Part shown: positions 1-21,624 of the stretch, piece by piece
Numbering within the stretch: position 1 is the first letter of the stretch
Layout of the letters: every line of letters starts with the position of its first letter
NCBI RefSeq assembly: GCF_009834535.1
Contig: NC_045697.1
Span: 69,876,001-69,940,000 of the forward strand
Reading direction: 5' to 3'
Origin: Camelus ferus
Lineage: Eukaryota
DNA length: 64,000 bases
Position numbers and translations under genes: made by a program
Notes under the pieces: generated by a model
Databases searched by the model: none
What the model was told of the DNA's origin: nothing
The model's input: only the letters and a program-made list of their open reading frames with translations

Positions 1-282
1 ATCAACCTTGTCAACTTGAGAATAGAATTTGTATTCTTTATATTTACTTGAGTTTGAGTTTTTTAAGCTAAAAACAGTAAATTTATAATCGTTCAATTGA
101 AAAAAACAAACCTCTTTTCTCTCTAAAAAGGAAATAATACCTTGTGACAGTTCTGCTTAGCTGATGGGATGGAAGATTCCTCATTATAATAAGTTAAGCA
201 CTCCAGGCAACAAATAGGAGGTGGAAAATGGCCATAGTTTTAAATATATTCTTTAAATATAATGTTTCTATTCTGCTGCTTA

Positions 283-8163
<7,881 letters not shown>

Positions 8164-8420
8164 GTTTCTGTTTTCTCTGCAGGCCAGGAGATGTGACTTC
8201 TTGCTTCTTGCAGACTCTTCTCTGCTCAAGTACGTACAGCAGATACAGTGCACAGATGTCTGTTTGCTTGAGCAATGCCCAATTCTACATATGTGATCTG
8301 GGATCTTTAAGCCACGCCCATCAGCTTATTCTTAGGCTAAGCCAAATCAGGAAGGAAAGGGCAGTGAACCAGAACTCACACATTAACTGTGTTTGCAATA
8401 GGTCAGTTTCAGGTAACAAC
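8164..8420 (-). promoter_or_regulatory. Class I ADH 5'UTR and proximal promoter (GC/GT box GGGCGTGGC at 8311-8319)
   Basis: Lies immediately upstream of the ATG. The order GGGCGTGGC-TTAAAGA-GATCAC..-GAATTGGG-TCAAGCAAA follows the human class I promoter as recalled. Confidence 0.65.
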
Positions 8421-10222
8421 TTGATTTCATTAGGTTAAATATTTCTCTCTCTGTGTATCTTTATTTTGGGGTTCCATATTTCTCCTCTCTCAGTTCCACA
8501 CAGGGTGTTCAACTAAGCTCCAACTTCTAATCCATACGATGCAGTTAGAAAGAAGGAAGAAAGCCGCACAAAGACATAGGACGGAAATAGCTACACCCTG
8601 AGGAATGTATCTGTTGCAGCACTCTCCCCCTCTTCACAGCAGAGAAGTCAGGCACCAATCAGTTGCATTTCTGCGCCACTCAATACCAATCAGCACTGAC
8701 TGAGAATGTCCCTGTTTCAGACCCTTAGGTGAGTACAGTGGGGTGACAGTGATGGATAAGATATGGCCTCTACCCATGCCAAGAGGCAGTATGGGGCTGT
8801 GGGAATACCATGGCCTTGGGTTCAGCCAGTCCCTATTCTCACTAGGTGTATGAACTTCAACTCATTATTTGATGTTTCCTTATCAGTAAAATGTAGATGA
8901 ATAGTAGTACCATCTGAAGGGGTTGTTTGATGAACAAACAAGATAGTCCTTTTCAAGCACTTATCAGGGAGCCTGACAAATAGGACAACCTTTAATAAAT
9001 ATTAGGTACAATGAATTATCCATCAAAGTGAGCTCAATCTATGAGGGAAAACGATACAGGCAACCAAGTTAGATCATCTGGGATGTTCTCTATCAGAGAG
9101 AGGGCATTCTGCCTGAAGGATTGAGAGGAGGCTTTGCAGAGTGAAGACATTTAAGTTAGAAACTGAATAATGATCATTTTGGCAGTTAGTCAAAAAAAAA
9201 AAAAACTCACTGTGCGTCTCCTTTGTTGTTTGTTCAATACCACGAGTATGAGAAGAGAACATGAGTTTGATTTTTAATAAATCTCAAGTCTTTTACCAAC
9301 ACTTGGGGGACAGAGTGCATTCAATGACTTAATTAGATATAGTCTGTAAACATGTATATGTTAACAAAAAGGATATATTTCTCTGAAACGGTCAAGGGAA
9401 CAACACTATTATCTGTTTCCAACTTTACTTATGCAGATGTAGAGAGTCATACTAGGGCTCCACTATATCCACCCAACAGAGAGGTGAGAATGTTCCTCCG
9501 TCTTATTGTGGTCTTATGATCATTGAATAGGCACCATTCTAGAGAATGGCCACTACCCTGTGCTCCCCCTCCCTAACCTATGGAAGAGGGCAGTGCAAAG
9601 AAAGGGAGTCTGACTACTTTTCAGAGACTCTCGGTAATATCAAGAGACTCATATATCCCAACCAATTTCCAAGACTCATTGGACTGATGTATTTATAGGA
9701 TGATGGAGGAGTAGGGTATCAGAAATAATCTAAGTTCTTAATAAATTGGTGGTTTATTTAGGAGACATAAATTTACAGGAAGCTAATGGGCACAATTTAT
9801 TGAGCACCTACTATGTTTCCAGAACTCTACTGGGAGGTTTCCATACATTATCACATATAATCCTCAGAGCAATCCCACAAGGAACATGCTATTATTATTC
9901 CCATTTTACAGATGAGACGAGAAACTCAGAAATTATAGATTCCTAAATGTCCTTTTTAAGCCATAAATGTTGGCTTCAAGAACAGCAAAGTACTCAGGTT
10001 GGTGTTAGTAAGAGTTTTGTGGTATAAATATAATAGGCAATTACATAAGCATCAAAGGACAAGAAGTGAGTGGTATGCCTTAAAAAAGAGGAGTACCAGG
10101 GATAACTGACTATTCCACATCTTTGCTTCTCTCTCTCTCTCTGTCTCAGTCAGAATACAGCCTGGGCCTAATGCTTCTATCTTTTAACTTAAGTCTGTCT
10201 GTCAAGCACTTGGATCGGATGT

Positions 10223-10587
10223 TGTCTTAGTCCATCTGGGCTGCTACAACAAGAATTTCACTGACTGGATAGTTTAAGCAACAAACATTTATTTGTCATA
10301 GTTCTGGAGGCTGAGGAATCCAAGGTTTAGGTGCTTGCAGATTCTGTGTCTGGTGAGTGCCCATTTCCTGTTCATAGATGGCCATCTTTTCACTGTGTCG
10401 TCACGTGGTGGAAGGAGCAAGGGCACTCTCTAGGCCTCTTTTATAAGGGTACTAATCTCCCTCCTGAGGGCTTGTCCCTCATGCCATAATCACCTCACAA
10501 AGGCCCCACTTCCACATACCACATATTGGGGATTAGATTAGGTTCAAACATGAAATTTGGGGGGACAGAAACATTCGGTCTATATCA
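10223..10587 (-). mobile_element. MaLR solo LTR (MLT1A-like)
   Basis: TG..CA ends (tgtcttagtccat...tatatca); near-TSD gatgt/ggtgt; agttctggaggctg motif. Confidence 0.8.
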
Positions 10588-12319
10588 GGTGTCCAGCCAT
10601 GAAATGATCAGTTAAAGAAAGAGGGTTGAGCTTATGCAGCTGAAGAGAGCTACACCATCTCCAGCGGTATCGTGGAGCTGGGAAGTGGCAGTGGCAGAAT
10701 CCTAAGCCACATGTGTCCCAATTCAGAAACCCACATTCTTTCCATTACTTTATAAAAAGAAAGCAGGGAAGAACAGGTTTTATGTAAGACATTCAGTTTT
10801 CTATCCACAAAGTAGGCCCCAGATGTTATAAGTCCTGAGGAAGAACACTTTAGGAAGCAGCTCAAAAATCGTCCAGTCTAAATTCCTTATTTTGTAGACC
10901 AACTGACTAGGCAAAGCAATATTCTTAATGTTTATTTAAAAGATACCTGGAAAGGAAAAAGATGTAAGTCTTCTCTTGGAGGCATAAATCATCTTATAGC
11001 TTTCAAATATCGTGGGGTTCAGGCAGGGTAAAGAGGGAGGTTAGTAATGGAGAAACATTTAAGCTGCTATGGCAGTGTGTTTAATCTGCCCATAAATCAA
11101 GTATTTAGTTAACATTTTACTTTGATGTTGAAGCCTAAGTTGGTGAGAGAGTTAAAGTTATCTTCTTTTTCCCTAAGTTAGAAAATATTTTGGCAACTTT
11201 GATCCCTGATCCTGACATAAAGATATTGTATAGAATGTTTAAAATTTTTGTTCATAGATTCCTTGTGAAAGGTGTCGGGACATAATCTCAGAGAAGCATT
11301 AAGGCAAAATCATACGGATGTTCCTGGCACTTTTCTGAGTTCCAAATTTCAATAATCTGAATGTTTTCATGAAATACGAATATGAATCAAGATGAAGTAC
11401 TATGCAAATAATTATTTTTGAGATGATGCAGAAACAAAAACATAATGATTTTAAACTGATGCAAAATTGTATGAAACCCATAATTTCAATAATATAAAAA
11501 ATATGTACCAGGGAAAGGTGCAATCTACACAATTGAACATAGTCGTTTAACCATGAAGACTCTATGGTGACCTTCTGTAGGACAGTATTACTTTTATTGA
11601 TCATCACATTATATCACTAATAATGGCCAAATATTATTGAGTGATTACTTTATTAGTGCTTTATTTACATTGTTTAGCTTAACTTTAATTAGGAAGTTAT
11701 TATTATAAGTCATCCTTTGTAGATAAGAAACTGAGAAGAGATGAAGCAAATAGCTGGAGATTAGATTCTAAGAGGTCTTCTCCAGAGTAAAAGTTCCTAA
11801 GAAGGAATGATAGTGATAACACTGGCAGCTAACTATTACGTATTTAGTATTTGCCAGGCACTGCTCTAAATACTTTACATTGACTCAAAATTTTCAAATC
11901 AATCCTATGAAGTACTATTATATTACTTTTTATAGGTGAGGAAACCGAGGCTCAGAAGCCAGGTTCCCAGTGAATATGGGACAGACTCAGGAGTCTTACA
12001 GGTTAGCCCCAAAGTCTGCATTCTTATCTGTTTACTGCTCTCGTCCCAGGGCTTAGTGAAAGTAGCAAAGAATGAATCAACAAAGAGAAAGTACAAAGGC
12101 AAAGCTAAAATACACATGATAAATCCAAAATAACTCCAACATTCCAGCCTGGATGAGTGGGAGAAGGTGGTTTTATTGACTACTAGGGGTGGTTAATTTG
12201 AGCAAAATTTTAGATAGCTTTGAAATATTTTGAGTGGAATGTCCTGGTTGGGAAATATGGGAAAGTAATCGGCGTGACTCCATATAGATCTGAGAGCATA
12301 AAGACAGAGTTGAGAGAAT

Positions 12320-12816
12320 TTCTGGTTTGTAAATGGGCACGCAAGAAGCTTGGAAGGCACCACATCATCCTAACAACAAGTAGAACTCTGGACAAACTGA
12401 GGAATCAGTGACTCTTTTTTGATCCAGAAGAGAAGTGAGGTCTCAGGGCAGACTGCTGTCCCCAAATTGGTGGAACCAACAGGCAACTGCAGAGATTCAC
12501 AATTTACTGGAGCCCCCACCCCAGGAACCAACATCAGGTACGAAAAGCTGAACTGTGATGAGTTGCTGGAGGCTCAAGGTAAAAACTGAGAGAGCTAGAC
12601 AACTCCAGGGGGACCCAGTCATAAGGAGACCCCCACACTTTTGTGAATTTTACCTCTTGGATCTCAACCAGTTTCTCAGAATTATTGTTGAAGAAAAATT
12701 CCCTCTGCTTCCTGCAGGAGGAGGAGAGGAGAAACCACTTTGAAATGTACCAGCATATTTTGTTTTCTAAAGACCTTCCCTCAGGAGAAGCTATTTAACC
12801 AAAGCCTACACTTCTG

Positions 12817-12857
<41 letters not shown>

Positions 12858-13345
12858 AGAGCCTAAGTTACCCAGGGAAAGGGAAATAGCGAGCTTCAGC
12901 CCCCTCTAGCCTTCCATGTGGGACAAGGGAATTACCCAATTCCAGCCCCCTCTAGCCATCCTGTCCCACCTAAGGGTGTGAGAGGGGAACTTAGAAGCAC
13001 TTACGAGGTTCACTATCCAGGGGCCACAGTCTCACTGAAAGGTTGAGAGCTGCTCATAGAACCATAGAATCCTTCCCCTCACGCCACATCTCACTGCCAC
13101 ATTACTAAAACCCTCTTTTTGACATTTCCTTTCACCCAATACATCATGTCCAGATATCGAGAAAAAATTACAAGGCATACTAAAAGAGACAGAGTGAGCT
13201 TTAGAACTGGACTCAGATATGGCAGAGATGTTGGAATTATTGAAGTGGGAATTTAAAACTACTCTGTTTAAGATGCTAAGAGGATGATGGACAATGGATA
13301 AGGCAGACAGCATGCAAGAGCAGATGTCAATGTAAGCAGAGAGAT
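12320..13345 (+). mobile_element. Old L1 5' region fragment, with an internal 36-nt poly-T (12819-12854)
   Basis: Motifs aacatcatgtccag..aaaaaattacaaggcatactaaaag and gactcagatatggcagagatgttggaattat..gggaatttaaaac. Confidence 0.7.
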
Positions 13346-13469
13346 GCCCTGTCCCCTCGCAATTAGAGCGAAGCAGGGAAGAGTGTGGCTTGGTATTAAA
13401 GTAAATAGGTATAAATGCTTTGCTGTTGATATTGACCTATTGTCACACACAGTTTATTACCCTTTTATA

Positions 13470-14040
13470 GTTGGCTCTATGATCCTGGGGCTATGACTTT
13501 CCAAACTCAGTTCCCTGTAGTCCCCTGACATGCAGCTTCCCTAAAGTTTCCGTCACTGAGAGTCACTAGAGAGATGTGAACACGGGAGGAGTGGGAGGGG
13601 ACTTTCTTTCTAGTTTCCATTAGTGTCACTGTGTGTCACACTGTTGGCTCCATCCTCCAGCTGCTCTAGGCTCTCTGGGTTCTAGCCTTGCTTCAGACCT
13701 CAGTGGTGGCAGCAGCAGCTGGGCCCGGCTCCCGTGGCAGAAGTGTTAAGTTTGTCTTCTGAGCAGCCATTGGGCTGTACCCTCTCCTCAGAGGTCTAAG
13801 TGTCAGTCCTGTAGCCCCCTTTTGCTCAGGTGTCTATTCTGACAACCTTGCCACTTTAAAAGAAAAATTCTTCCAGCCCTCCTGGGGCTTAATGTTAATG
13901 TCTCAGGGACCTCAACATGCCCTTTGTGACCTTTCAGCCTTCCAACAACTCTGTAACCAAAAATTTTTTTGTGTGTGTGCATTAAATCCACTTTATTTGA
14001 AATACAGAGTTTTCTGTTTTCCTAACTGGATGCAGTGATA
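13470..14040 (+). mobile_element. ERVL LTR (LTR33-like), boundaries approximate
   Basis: Degenerate LTR pattern ending attaaatcc..tttctgttttcctaactggatgcagtgata. Confidence 0.5.
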
Positions 14041-15170
14041 TAGCTCTTGGCACCAGGAGTGGTCCCAGAAGCAGATCCTTAAGTAAACAAGTGTTCAGGC
14101 AGATTGAGTTGATGTTTTTTTAATGGTCATAATTTGCTGAGACGGAAAGGACTGGGATGAGCATGTTAAGGGGTTTGAGAAGAAAGACAAAGGTCCGGAA
14201 TCATCAAAAACCAAAGGAGGAGCCACTAGAGACAACTAACAGGGCCCAGTTGCCCTTTTCCATGTTAGATTTATATAGGCCTGTTCTGCAGAGTTTTGCA
14301 CACCCTTCATGTGCCTTCAAGTAGAAGTTTTTCAGAGTACTTCCAAGGTGTTCACAATCTAGTACCTTTTGAATTCTTAGATGATACAGTCATTCAAAAT
14401 GTAATGCTCAGCTGCATATCCCTGTTTGCACACTGCTGTGAACTGGGTTTTACAATTTTCATTCCTTTTGTATTTTATGGATTCTAGACTGTAACCCACT
14501 CTTTTATTGTCATGTTTCCAGTTTTTCATTTTTCATGTTCATTTTACCTAAATGATACATGCATATACACATGCAAAATTTTTTTCTACGAAACCTCTTA
14601 AGAAAAACAGCAGCATTTGCTTTCCCACTTCTTCCTACATTTGCTTCTCCCTAGAAGCCACTGCTGTCAACTTCCAAAACTTACTATGTTGTGTTTTATC
14701 TCTCCATCTCTAAGTAACATGCATGTATTCCTGACTTGGCTTTTCCTTGGGCATGTCTGTTGACTTCCCATTTTGAAGGAGAAGAATTTGGGGCAGTCAT
14801 TACCACACAAAAAAATCACCTCTCCCTTGTTGCCAAAATAGTAATAAATATTAGAGTAATTTGTATTATTATAACTATGTAAGTGCTACTTACAGATGAG
14901 CCATGTAGTTTGTAATGCTTTTTTTTATCTTTACCTGAACAATTTTGTTTTTCCCTAGGATTAAATACTGGCTTTTAAAAACCTAGCTTGGTTTTGTCTT
15001 TATACTTAACAACTAATTCAATGCCCAAATCATCACTAGTTGTCTAATTCCCCACTTAAGACATACAGATGCATCAAGTATCCCATCAATTTTGTCTTGT
15101 AGAGAAATCTCTCCTTGAGGCTTGGACTTGCTCCAGAATGACCTGGGTGTGCTCTGCATCTGGGGCAATC

Positions 15171-15760
15171 TGTTGTGTTGCTTTTTTGTAACTGCTGTAG
15201 CAAATTACAGAAGTTCCCCCTTACCTGAGCAGGAATATGTTTCAAGACCCTCAGTGAATGCTTGAAACCTCAGCTAGTACTGAACCCTATATATACTGGT
15301 TTTTCCTATGCTAGCAGGTGGGTAGCCTATACAATGTGGATGTGCTAGACAAAGGGATGATTCACATCCTGGGCAGGATGGAGGGGAACGGCATGAGATT
15401 TTTATCCTGCTGCTTAGAAGGGCACTCCATTGAAAACTTGTGAATTCTGAACTGTTTATTTCTGGACTTTTCCATGTAATAGTTTTGGACCACAGTGGAC
15501 TGTGGGTGACTGAAACTGCAGATAAGAGGGGGGCGACTGTACCACAAACTGAGTGGCTTAAAGCAACAGAGGTTTGTTTTCTCTCAGTTCTGGAGGCCAA
15601 AAGTCTTTATCACTGGGCTGAAATCAAGGTGTCAGCCTGGCTGCTCTCCCACGGAGACTGGAGGAGAGAATCTGTTCCTTGCCCTTTCCAGCTTCTGGTG
15701 GCCACCACATTCCTTGGCTTGTGGCTGTATCCCTCCAGCCCCTCCTTCCTCCTCCTTCTT
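15171..15760 (-). mobile_element. MaLR LTR (MLT1) fragment interrupted by the MER44 element
   Basis: actgctgtagcaaatta|ccacaaactgagtggcttaaagcaacag..agttctggaggcc is contiguous once the MITE is removed. Confidence 0.75.
15208..15539 (-). mobile_element. MER44/Tigger7-like MITE nested in an MLT LTR
   Basis: TIRs cagaagttccccctta / taagaggggggcgactg, flanked by TA on both sides. Confidence 0.8.
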
Positions 15761-18014
15761 CATATTGTCTTCAGAAGCTTGTAGGATATTCTCTTAATCC
15801 CTAGTAATCTGAAATTTTACAGTGCTCTGTTCTGGGTGGGTGTACTTCTAGCCATTTTACTGACACTCAGTAGCTTTTAAAAAATATGAAGATTAACTTT
15901 CTTCAGTTCTAGAAAATTTACTAGTTTTTAAAATTAATGCTCTTCCTTTCCTGCCCCTTTCACTCTGCCTTGTCTGTTCTTTCATTCTAGAATTCCTACT
16001 ACTCAGATGTTGAACGTCTTGATTTGACACTCTGATCCCCCCCCCCACTTTCTCCTTTTTTCCATCTCTCTGTGTTTTCTCTCCCTCCAGTTTTAAATCC
16101 CCCCTTAAAATGAAGGCACAGGTGGCATAGTCAGGGTTTGCAGAGCACAGCACAACCTTCCTAGGGGTTGGGAAATATTTACAATCCTAGCGCTAGTACT
16201 TTATCTTCAGTTCCAGGGTTGGGGAAGGAGCTGGGTTGGAACAGAGCCTTAGTAATGCCGTGCAGTAGTGTACCAGCTCGGAGTGCCCTCCTGGCTCCTA
16301 GCTGTTAAAAATATGATTTCTAAGATCAAGAACTTCTACATCTGCTCATCTCCCCCAAACCCTTACCCTGTGAATTTATACATCTTATATTCATAGGGGG
16401 CCTGATTTTTGCTTACCATGCTCATTAGTCCCATGAGAGATTGTGAATGATATTTATATGATGATCAATAAGTTCATGGTTCACTTAAGACCTGTGCTAC
16501 AGCTTGAACAGTTATAGCTGGGTAATGAAAGATCTTAGTTTGCCACAGGCAGTTACTGTTGTCCCAGCATTAATTATTGATAGCTCACCTTTGACTTTCA
16601 TAAGTGTACCTAGCTACTTATGCCTGCGTGTGAACTAGAACTGAGGGCACCTGGACACACCAGATAAAACCTAGATTTACTCAGCTGCAAAAGGCTTCCT
16701 TGAAATAAAGAATACTTCAGAGTTTCAAGAATCAGAAGTTCATGTTAATTATTTAACCAATAGCTCTGGTGGTGGTGGTGACATATCTCAGTGATATTAT
16801 TATAATTAAAAGAGTAATGCAGAATAATATTTAACTATTTTTTACTACTTTATGTGTCATGTAAGCTAGTCTAGGATTAGAAAGAACAAAGACCAATGTA
16901 ACTTTAGATGGACTCAAGAAAACCACTCTCAAAAGCTATATTAGAATGAATCAAAGTCTATATTCAATAACTACATAATATTTAATTTTCTTAGGAAATG
17001 ATTACCACAAAACCTCAGTAAAGTGTTTACTGAAAGATTTCAAAATGGTGATTGTATTGAAATAGGTCATGTGTTATTTGTATAAAACTTGCAATAACCT
17101 GGAAGTGGGCCATCATATGAGAATAGATAAAATTATTGAAAGGAGAATAAATAAAAAAAAAAATAGTTATACTGTAGCTTTATCAAATTGGCTTTTGAAT
17201 TTAAGATTAATTCAATGAGATTAATGGTCATATACATGGACTTGACTTTTTTTTTCTTTTTGGACTTACAATCCAGAAAACATTCTCTGTGCGGCTGGCA
17301 CAAACATCACACAAAACCAGAACTTGTTTATTAGCTTAAACTGCATGCTAAATGGAAATTAAAAAAAAACTCCTGGTTCACACAGCTGTGTGAAAGATTG
17401 TTCAGGTAAGCTATTTAACACAGTAATATCTGTCAACAAATATGAAGAAATCTTCTTAAAAAAAAGTGAATCAGAAAAAACAAACAAACAAACAAAAACT
17501 AACCAAGCTCTTTCTTATGTAAGCATTATATTTCTGGTCTACCACTCACCCGGAAATCCAGGAATTGCAGTAATCTTGGTGGTATCCAGTTACCTTAGGG
17601 TAGATCACTGTAATCTCAAAACAATTAATATTTGTTCACTGTAATGTCAAAAATAAATATCCTCCTAGGATGCCTTGTCTGGGATCTGAGTTGCAGGGAC
17701 AGGAAGCAAAGAATGCTGAAAAATAACTTAAGGAATAAATATTTTTCCAGAGTCTAAATTCAGGCCTTGGGAAAGTAGGCACTAAAAGAAAGCTAGAGTG
17801 AAGTTTACTCCTCTATCTATAAAAGAGAATTCAAAAGGAACCCCACTTCTGCTCCAAAGCTCAAATAAGAATAAATAGAAAAGGTTTAGGGGAGTCACGA
17901 GCTATTTGTGTGACACACAGAAACTTCCTTCCTTACAGGGCTATTCTAAGGCACACAATACTCAAGCTATTGATTATTTCCAAGTCTGAGGGGTTCTGGG
18001 GCTTCTTGAGCAGT

Positions 18015-19296
18015 TTTTATTTATTTATTTTAACATTAACTTTACTGATGTCAACGTTATATACAAAAAAATGCACCCATTTAAGTGTGCACATCGTTGA
18101 GTCTTGCCCAATTAATATACCTTTAAATCTACTCTAAATCTACCACCACAAACAAAATATGGAACATTTTTGTTTCCCTAAAAGTTACCTCACAGCCCTT
18201 TGCAGTCAGTCCACTTACACACGGCCAGTGCCTGGCAACCACTGGTCTGCTTTCTCTTGGTTTAGATTGCTTTGCCTATTCTGTAATTTCATATAAATAA
18301 AATCAAGCCAAGACAAGCTCTCATGTGTTTAGTGTCTTTCTTCAGCATCATGTTTTTGAGATGTAAAATGTTGTGCATATCAGTAGTCTGTACCTTTTCA
18401 TTGTTATAGAGCAGCTTATTGCACGGATTTACTGTATTTGTTTATCCATTCACCAAGGGATAGACATTTCAGTTGCATTTTTGGCTAGTCTGAAAATAGA
18501 CACCCTAAACACCTGTGGACAAATCTTTTCACTTCTTTCAGATAAATATCTAAGAGTGGAATTGCTGGGCATATGGTGGGTGGACATTGAACTTTATAAA
18601 AAAATAGCCGCACGGTTTTCCAAAGTAGTACCACTTTACATTCCTACTAACAGTGTATGTGAATTCCAGTTGTTCCACATCCTCAGAAACACTTGATACT
18701 GATAGTCTTTTAGGTTTTAGTCTACCTAGTGGGTGCAGTGCTGTTTCCACATGCTTTAGTTTTCACTTACTTCATGACTAATTTTTTGGGCATCTTGTTC
18801 TTATTGGCCATTTGCATTTTTTGTGAACTGTTTAAATCCTTTCCCTATTTTTATTGGGCTGTCTTTGTACTATTTAGTTGTAAGAGTTCTTTATACATTC
18901 TAGATACAAGTACTTTGTTAGATAAATGTGTTGAGAATATTTTCTCCCATTCTGTGGCTTGCATTTCCATTTCCTTAAATGGTGTTATTATATGAGAATA
19001 ATTTTTAAAACTTTGATGAGGTTTTATTTATCAATTTGCTCTTTTATGAATAGTACTTTTTATGTTCTAAAAAGTATTTGCATAAGCCAATAAGCAAAGA
19101 TTTTTTCCTATGTACTCTTCTAGAAATTATATAGTTTTAGCTTACACATTTAGGTCTATGATCCAATTCAAGTAAATTTTTGTGTATGGTGGGAGGTAAG
19201 TGTTGAGGATCATTTGTTTTTAAATGAATAGCTACTTGTTCTAGCACCATTTGTTGAAAGTCTCTCCTTTTCTTCATTACATTATCTTGACATCTC
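18015..19296 (-). mobile_element. L1 3' end (ORF2 C-terminus and 3'UTR), old L1M
   Basis: Antisense L1 motifs: agtggaattgctggg, ttattggccatttg, atttaggtctatgatcc, agcaccatttgttgaaa. Confidence 0.85.
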
Positions 19297-19805
19297 TGTC
19301 GACTGAAATAAAATGCGCAGCCTAAAAGTTGAGAATTATGTTTTAATCAGTGTGTTTTCTTAAGACTCAAGCCCAGGACTCAGCATCTCAGATGGCTCTA
19401 AGAGTCTGTTCCAAAGTGGCAAGGTAGAAGCCAGGATATATGAATTTTTTTCAACAAAGACCAGGTGGTCAGAACATCAAAAGATTACTGTTAATTAAGG
19501 AAAACTAGATGTCTCAACTTAAGGTATTTAGCAGTTTTCTATGTATGGGGAGACGTAAAGATCTGGACTCATTGAAATTATTCCTTTGATATATACCTAG
19601 CTATCTAGGACCAGAATCCTATTCTTTCACAACCTGAGTTCCCTCAGGGGGCATTGCTAGGGGTGGCTGCAGAGGCCAGGCTGCCTGCTTGTCTGCGTCT
19701 TGAGTTCCCTCTGCTCACTATTAGGGGTGGCAGTTAGCGGCTGATGACTTGATGGCCACAGCATTCTTTGTTTACTGATATGGTTGGCAATATTTTTCAT
19801 TCACA
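19297..19805 (-). mobile_element. ERV1 solo LTR, MER41-like (artiodactyl type)
   Basis: TG..CA ends; cctaaaagttgagaattatgtttt and gaacatcaaaagattactgttaattaa recalled from MER41-type LTRs. Confidence 0.7.
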
Positions 19806-20452
19806 AACATAAGAGGAAGGCATCACCTTTCCTGTGACAAATTCTGTTCAGCCAACTCATTCCTCAATGGGAGACAGATACAAAAATACCAAGATAAACT
19901 AGGTGTTCTTTCTCTTTTCAAGGAACTTAAACTCCAGAAGATCACATAGGGAAAAGTTAGACAAACTTTTGAATAGAAGAATAAAAAGGAGTTATCAGAT
20001 AAGTCAAACCAATTTGATTGGGAAATCTCCAATGCAAATGACTTTTAACCCGGCTTTATATATTTTGACAAGTGGAACAGGAGGGAATATAATCTGAAAA
20101 GATTAATGCCTTGCACAGGGAGAAGCAACATAGGGCATGTTTAGATTGGGTGTAGTGTGTGAAGGGACATAGTCCAGGGAGGTAATTATGAAAAAAAATA
20201 GGATCTAATTATGTATTACTTCAAACGCCATTTTAAAGAGTTTGCATGAAAGGAGGCTATTGATAGTTCTGAGTATTAAAGCATAAAGATCAAAGTTGTG
20301 TTTTAAAAAAATCCCCTAGCCTTGTGTAAGAAGATTGTGAGGTATGTGTACATGGGGTGGAAGGTAGGAGTTCTTCCAGTGGAAATATTCCTTTGAGTAG
20401 GAAAATATAAATATTCAAAATCAGAGCAGTGGAATCAAAATGGAATTGAGAT

Positions 20453-20975
20453 TGTTACCACAAACCAGCCTCTGTGCCCCCAAAACTGGATTGAGGCTTG
20501 GAGGCAGAGTTTTGGGAGAATCAGAAAAGAACAGCTTTGTTTCTTTGCCAGGCAAAGGGGAGTTACAGCAGGCTGATGCCTTAGAGACTGTGAATCTGTC
20601 TTGGGGTTGGGGCTTGAGGTTTTATAGAAAAACTGGATGGAACAGAAAAGGTGGTAACAATCAGGGTGTTTTACAGGGTGCTGCATTCCTCTTAACCTCA
20701 ATGAATCTTCCTGATATCACGGAGGAACTCTGGAGGGTCGGCCCATTCTTCTGAGATTATTGACCCATTACCTCCTTCCTGGAGCATAGCCTCTGGGTTA
20801 AAGCTATTCTTGGTAAAGGATGTATAGAGAAGGGAGAGCATAAGGGAAAAGTTTGGGAGTTGTTTAGCACAAATACAGTAAGGGAAAAAAAGCAAGTTGC
20901 AGGATTTCTTAGTCAGAATGAATCAACAAACAGTTTTAGCATCAGGGGAGCCAATTTGTTAGTTTGTCTCCTATT
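20453..20975 (-). mobile_element. ERV solo LTR (right end approximate)
   Basis: tgttacc start; gagttttgggagaa..aaagaacagcttt..tttgccaggcaaagggg; TATA (ttttatag) on the minus strand. Confidence 0.6.
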
Positions 20976-21624
20976 ACTTCGAAATGGAAAAGAAGAGACC
21001 ATGCTCAAACCCCTAGTTATCTGTGTATTGTATTGTTAAGGTACAGGCAGCAGCGCTTTTCTATTTCTGGTTAGTTGGAAGAATGGGTGGCCAGGAAAGG
21101 AAACTAGTACTTGTTGAGGATTTACCAGGTGTCAATCACACTTAACAACTGCTGACTTACTGAGTCCGCACAACATCACTCTTAAGTAGCTATGACTCGC
21201 TCCATTCTACAGGTAAGGTGGGGCTCAGATAGATGAAGTAACCTTCTAGAAGTCACATTGCTGGAAAAGAAGCAAAGCTGAGAGTCAAGCCTAAATCTGC
21301 CTGACCAAAACATTGTTACTATAACGCTGAAAATAATAAAGTTCTCTCCAAAAGGGATTTATTTATTTACTTATTAATTAGCAACAGATTGAGGAGATGG
21401 CCAAAAGAACAGGGAGATGCAAGTGTAATTAATTCTAAGTTTACAAGACTTTTCTGTGGGTGTTAGTTTACAGGTAATGTTAATTTTACCCCAATAATCA
21501 AATATGGTGTTAGTTTTCTCACCATTGGTAGTATTCAGTAAAGAGATTTTTGTATTTTATATCATTTCTTGTGAAAGAGATGTTGAACCAGCCAAATATT
21601 TATATAAGCAAATATTTAACTGTT

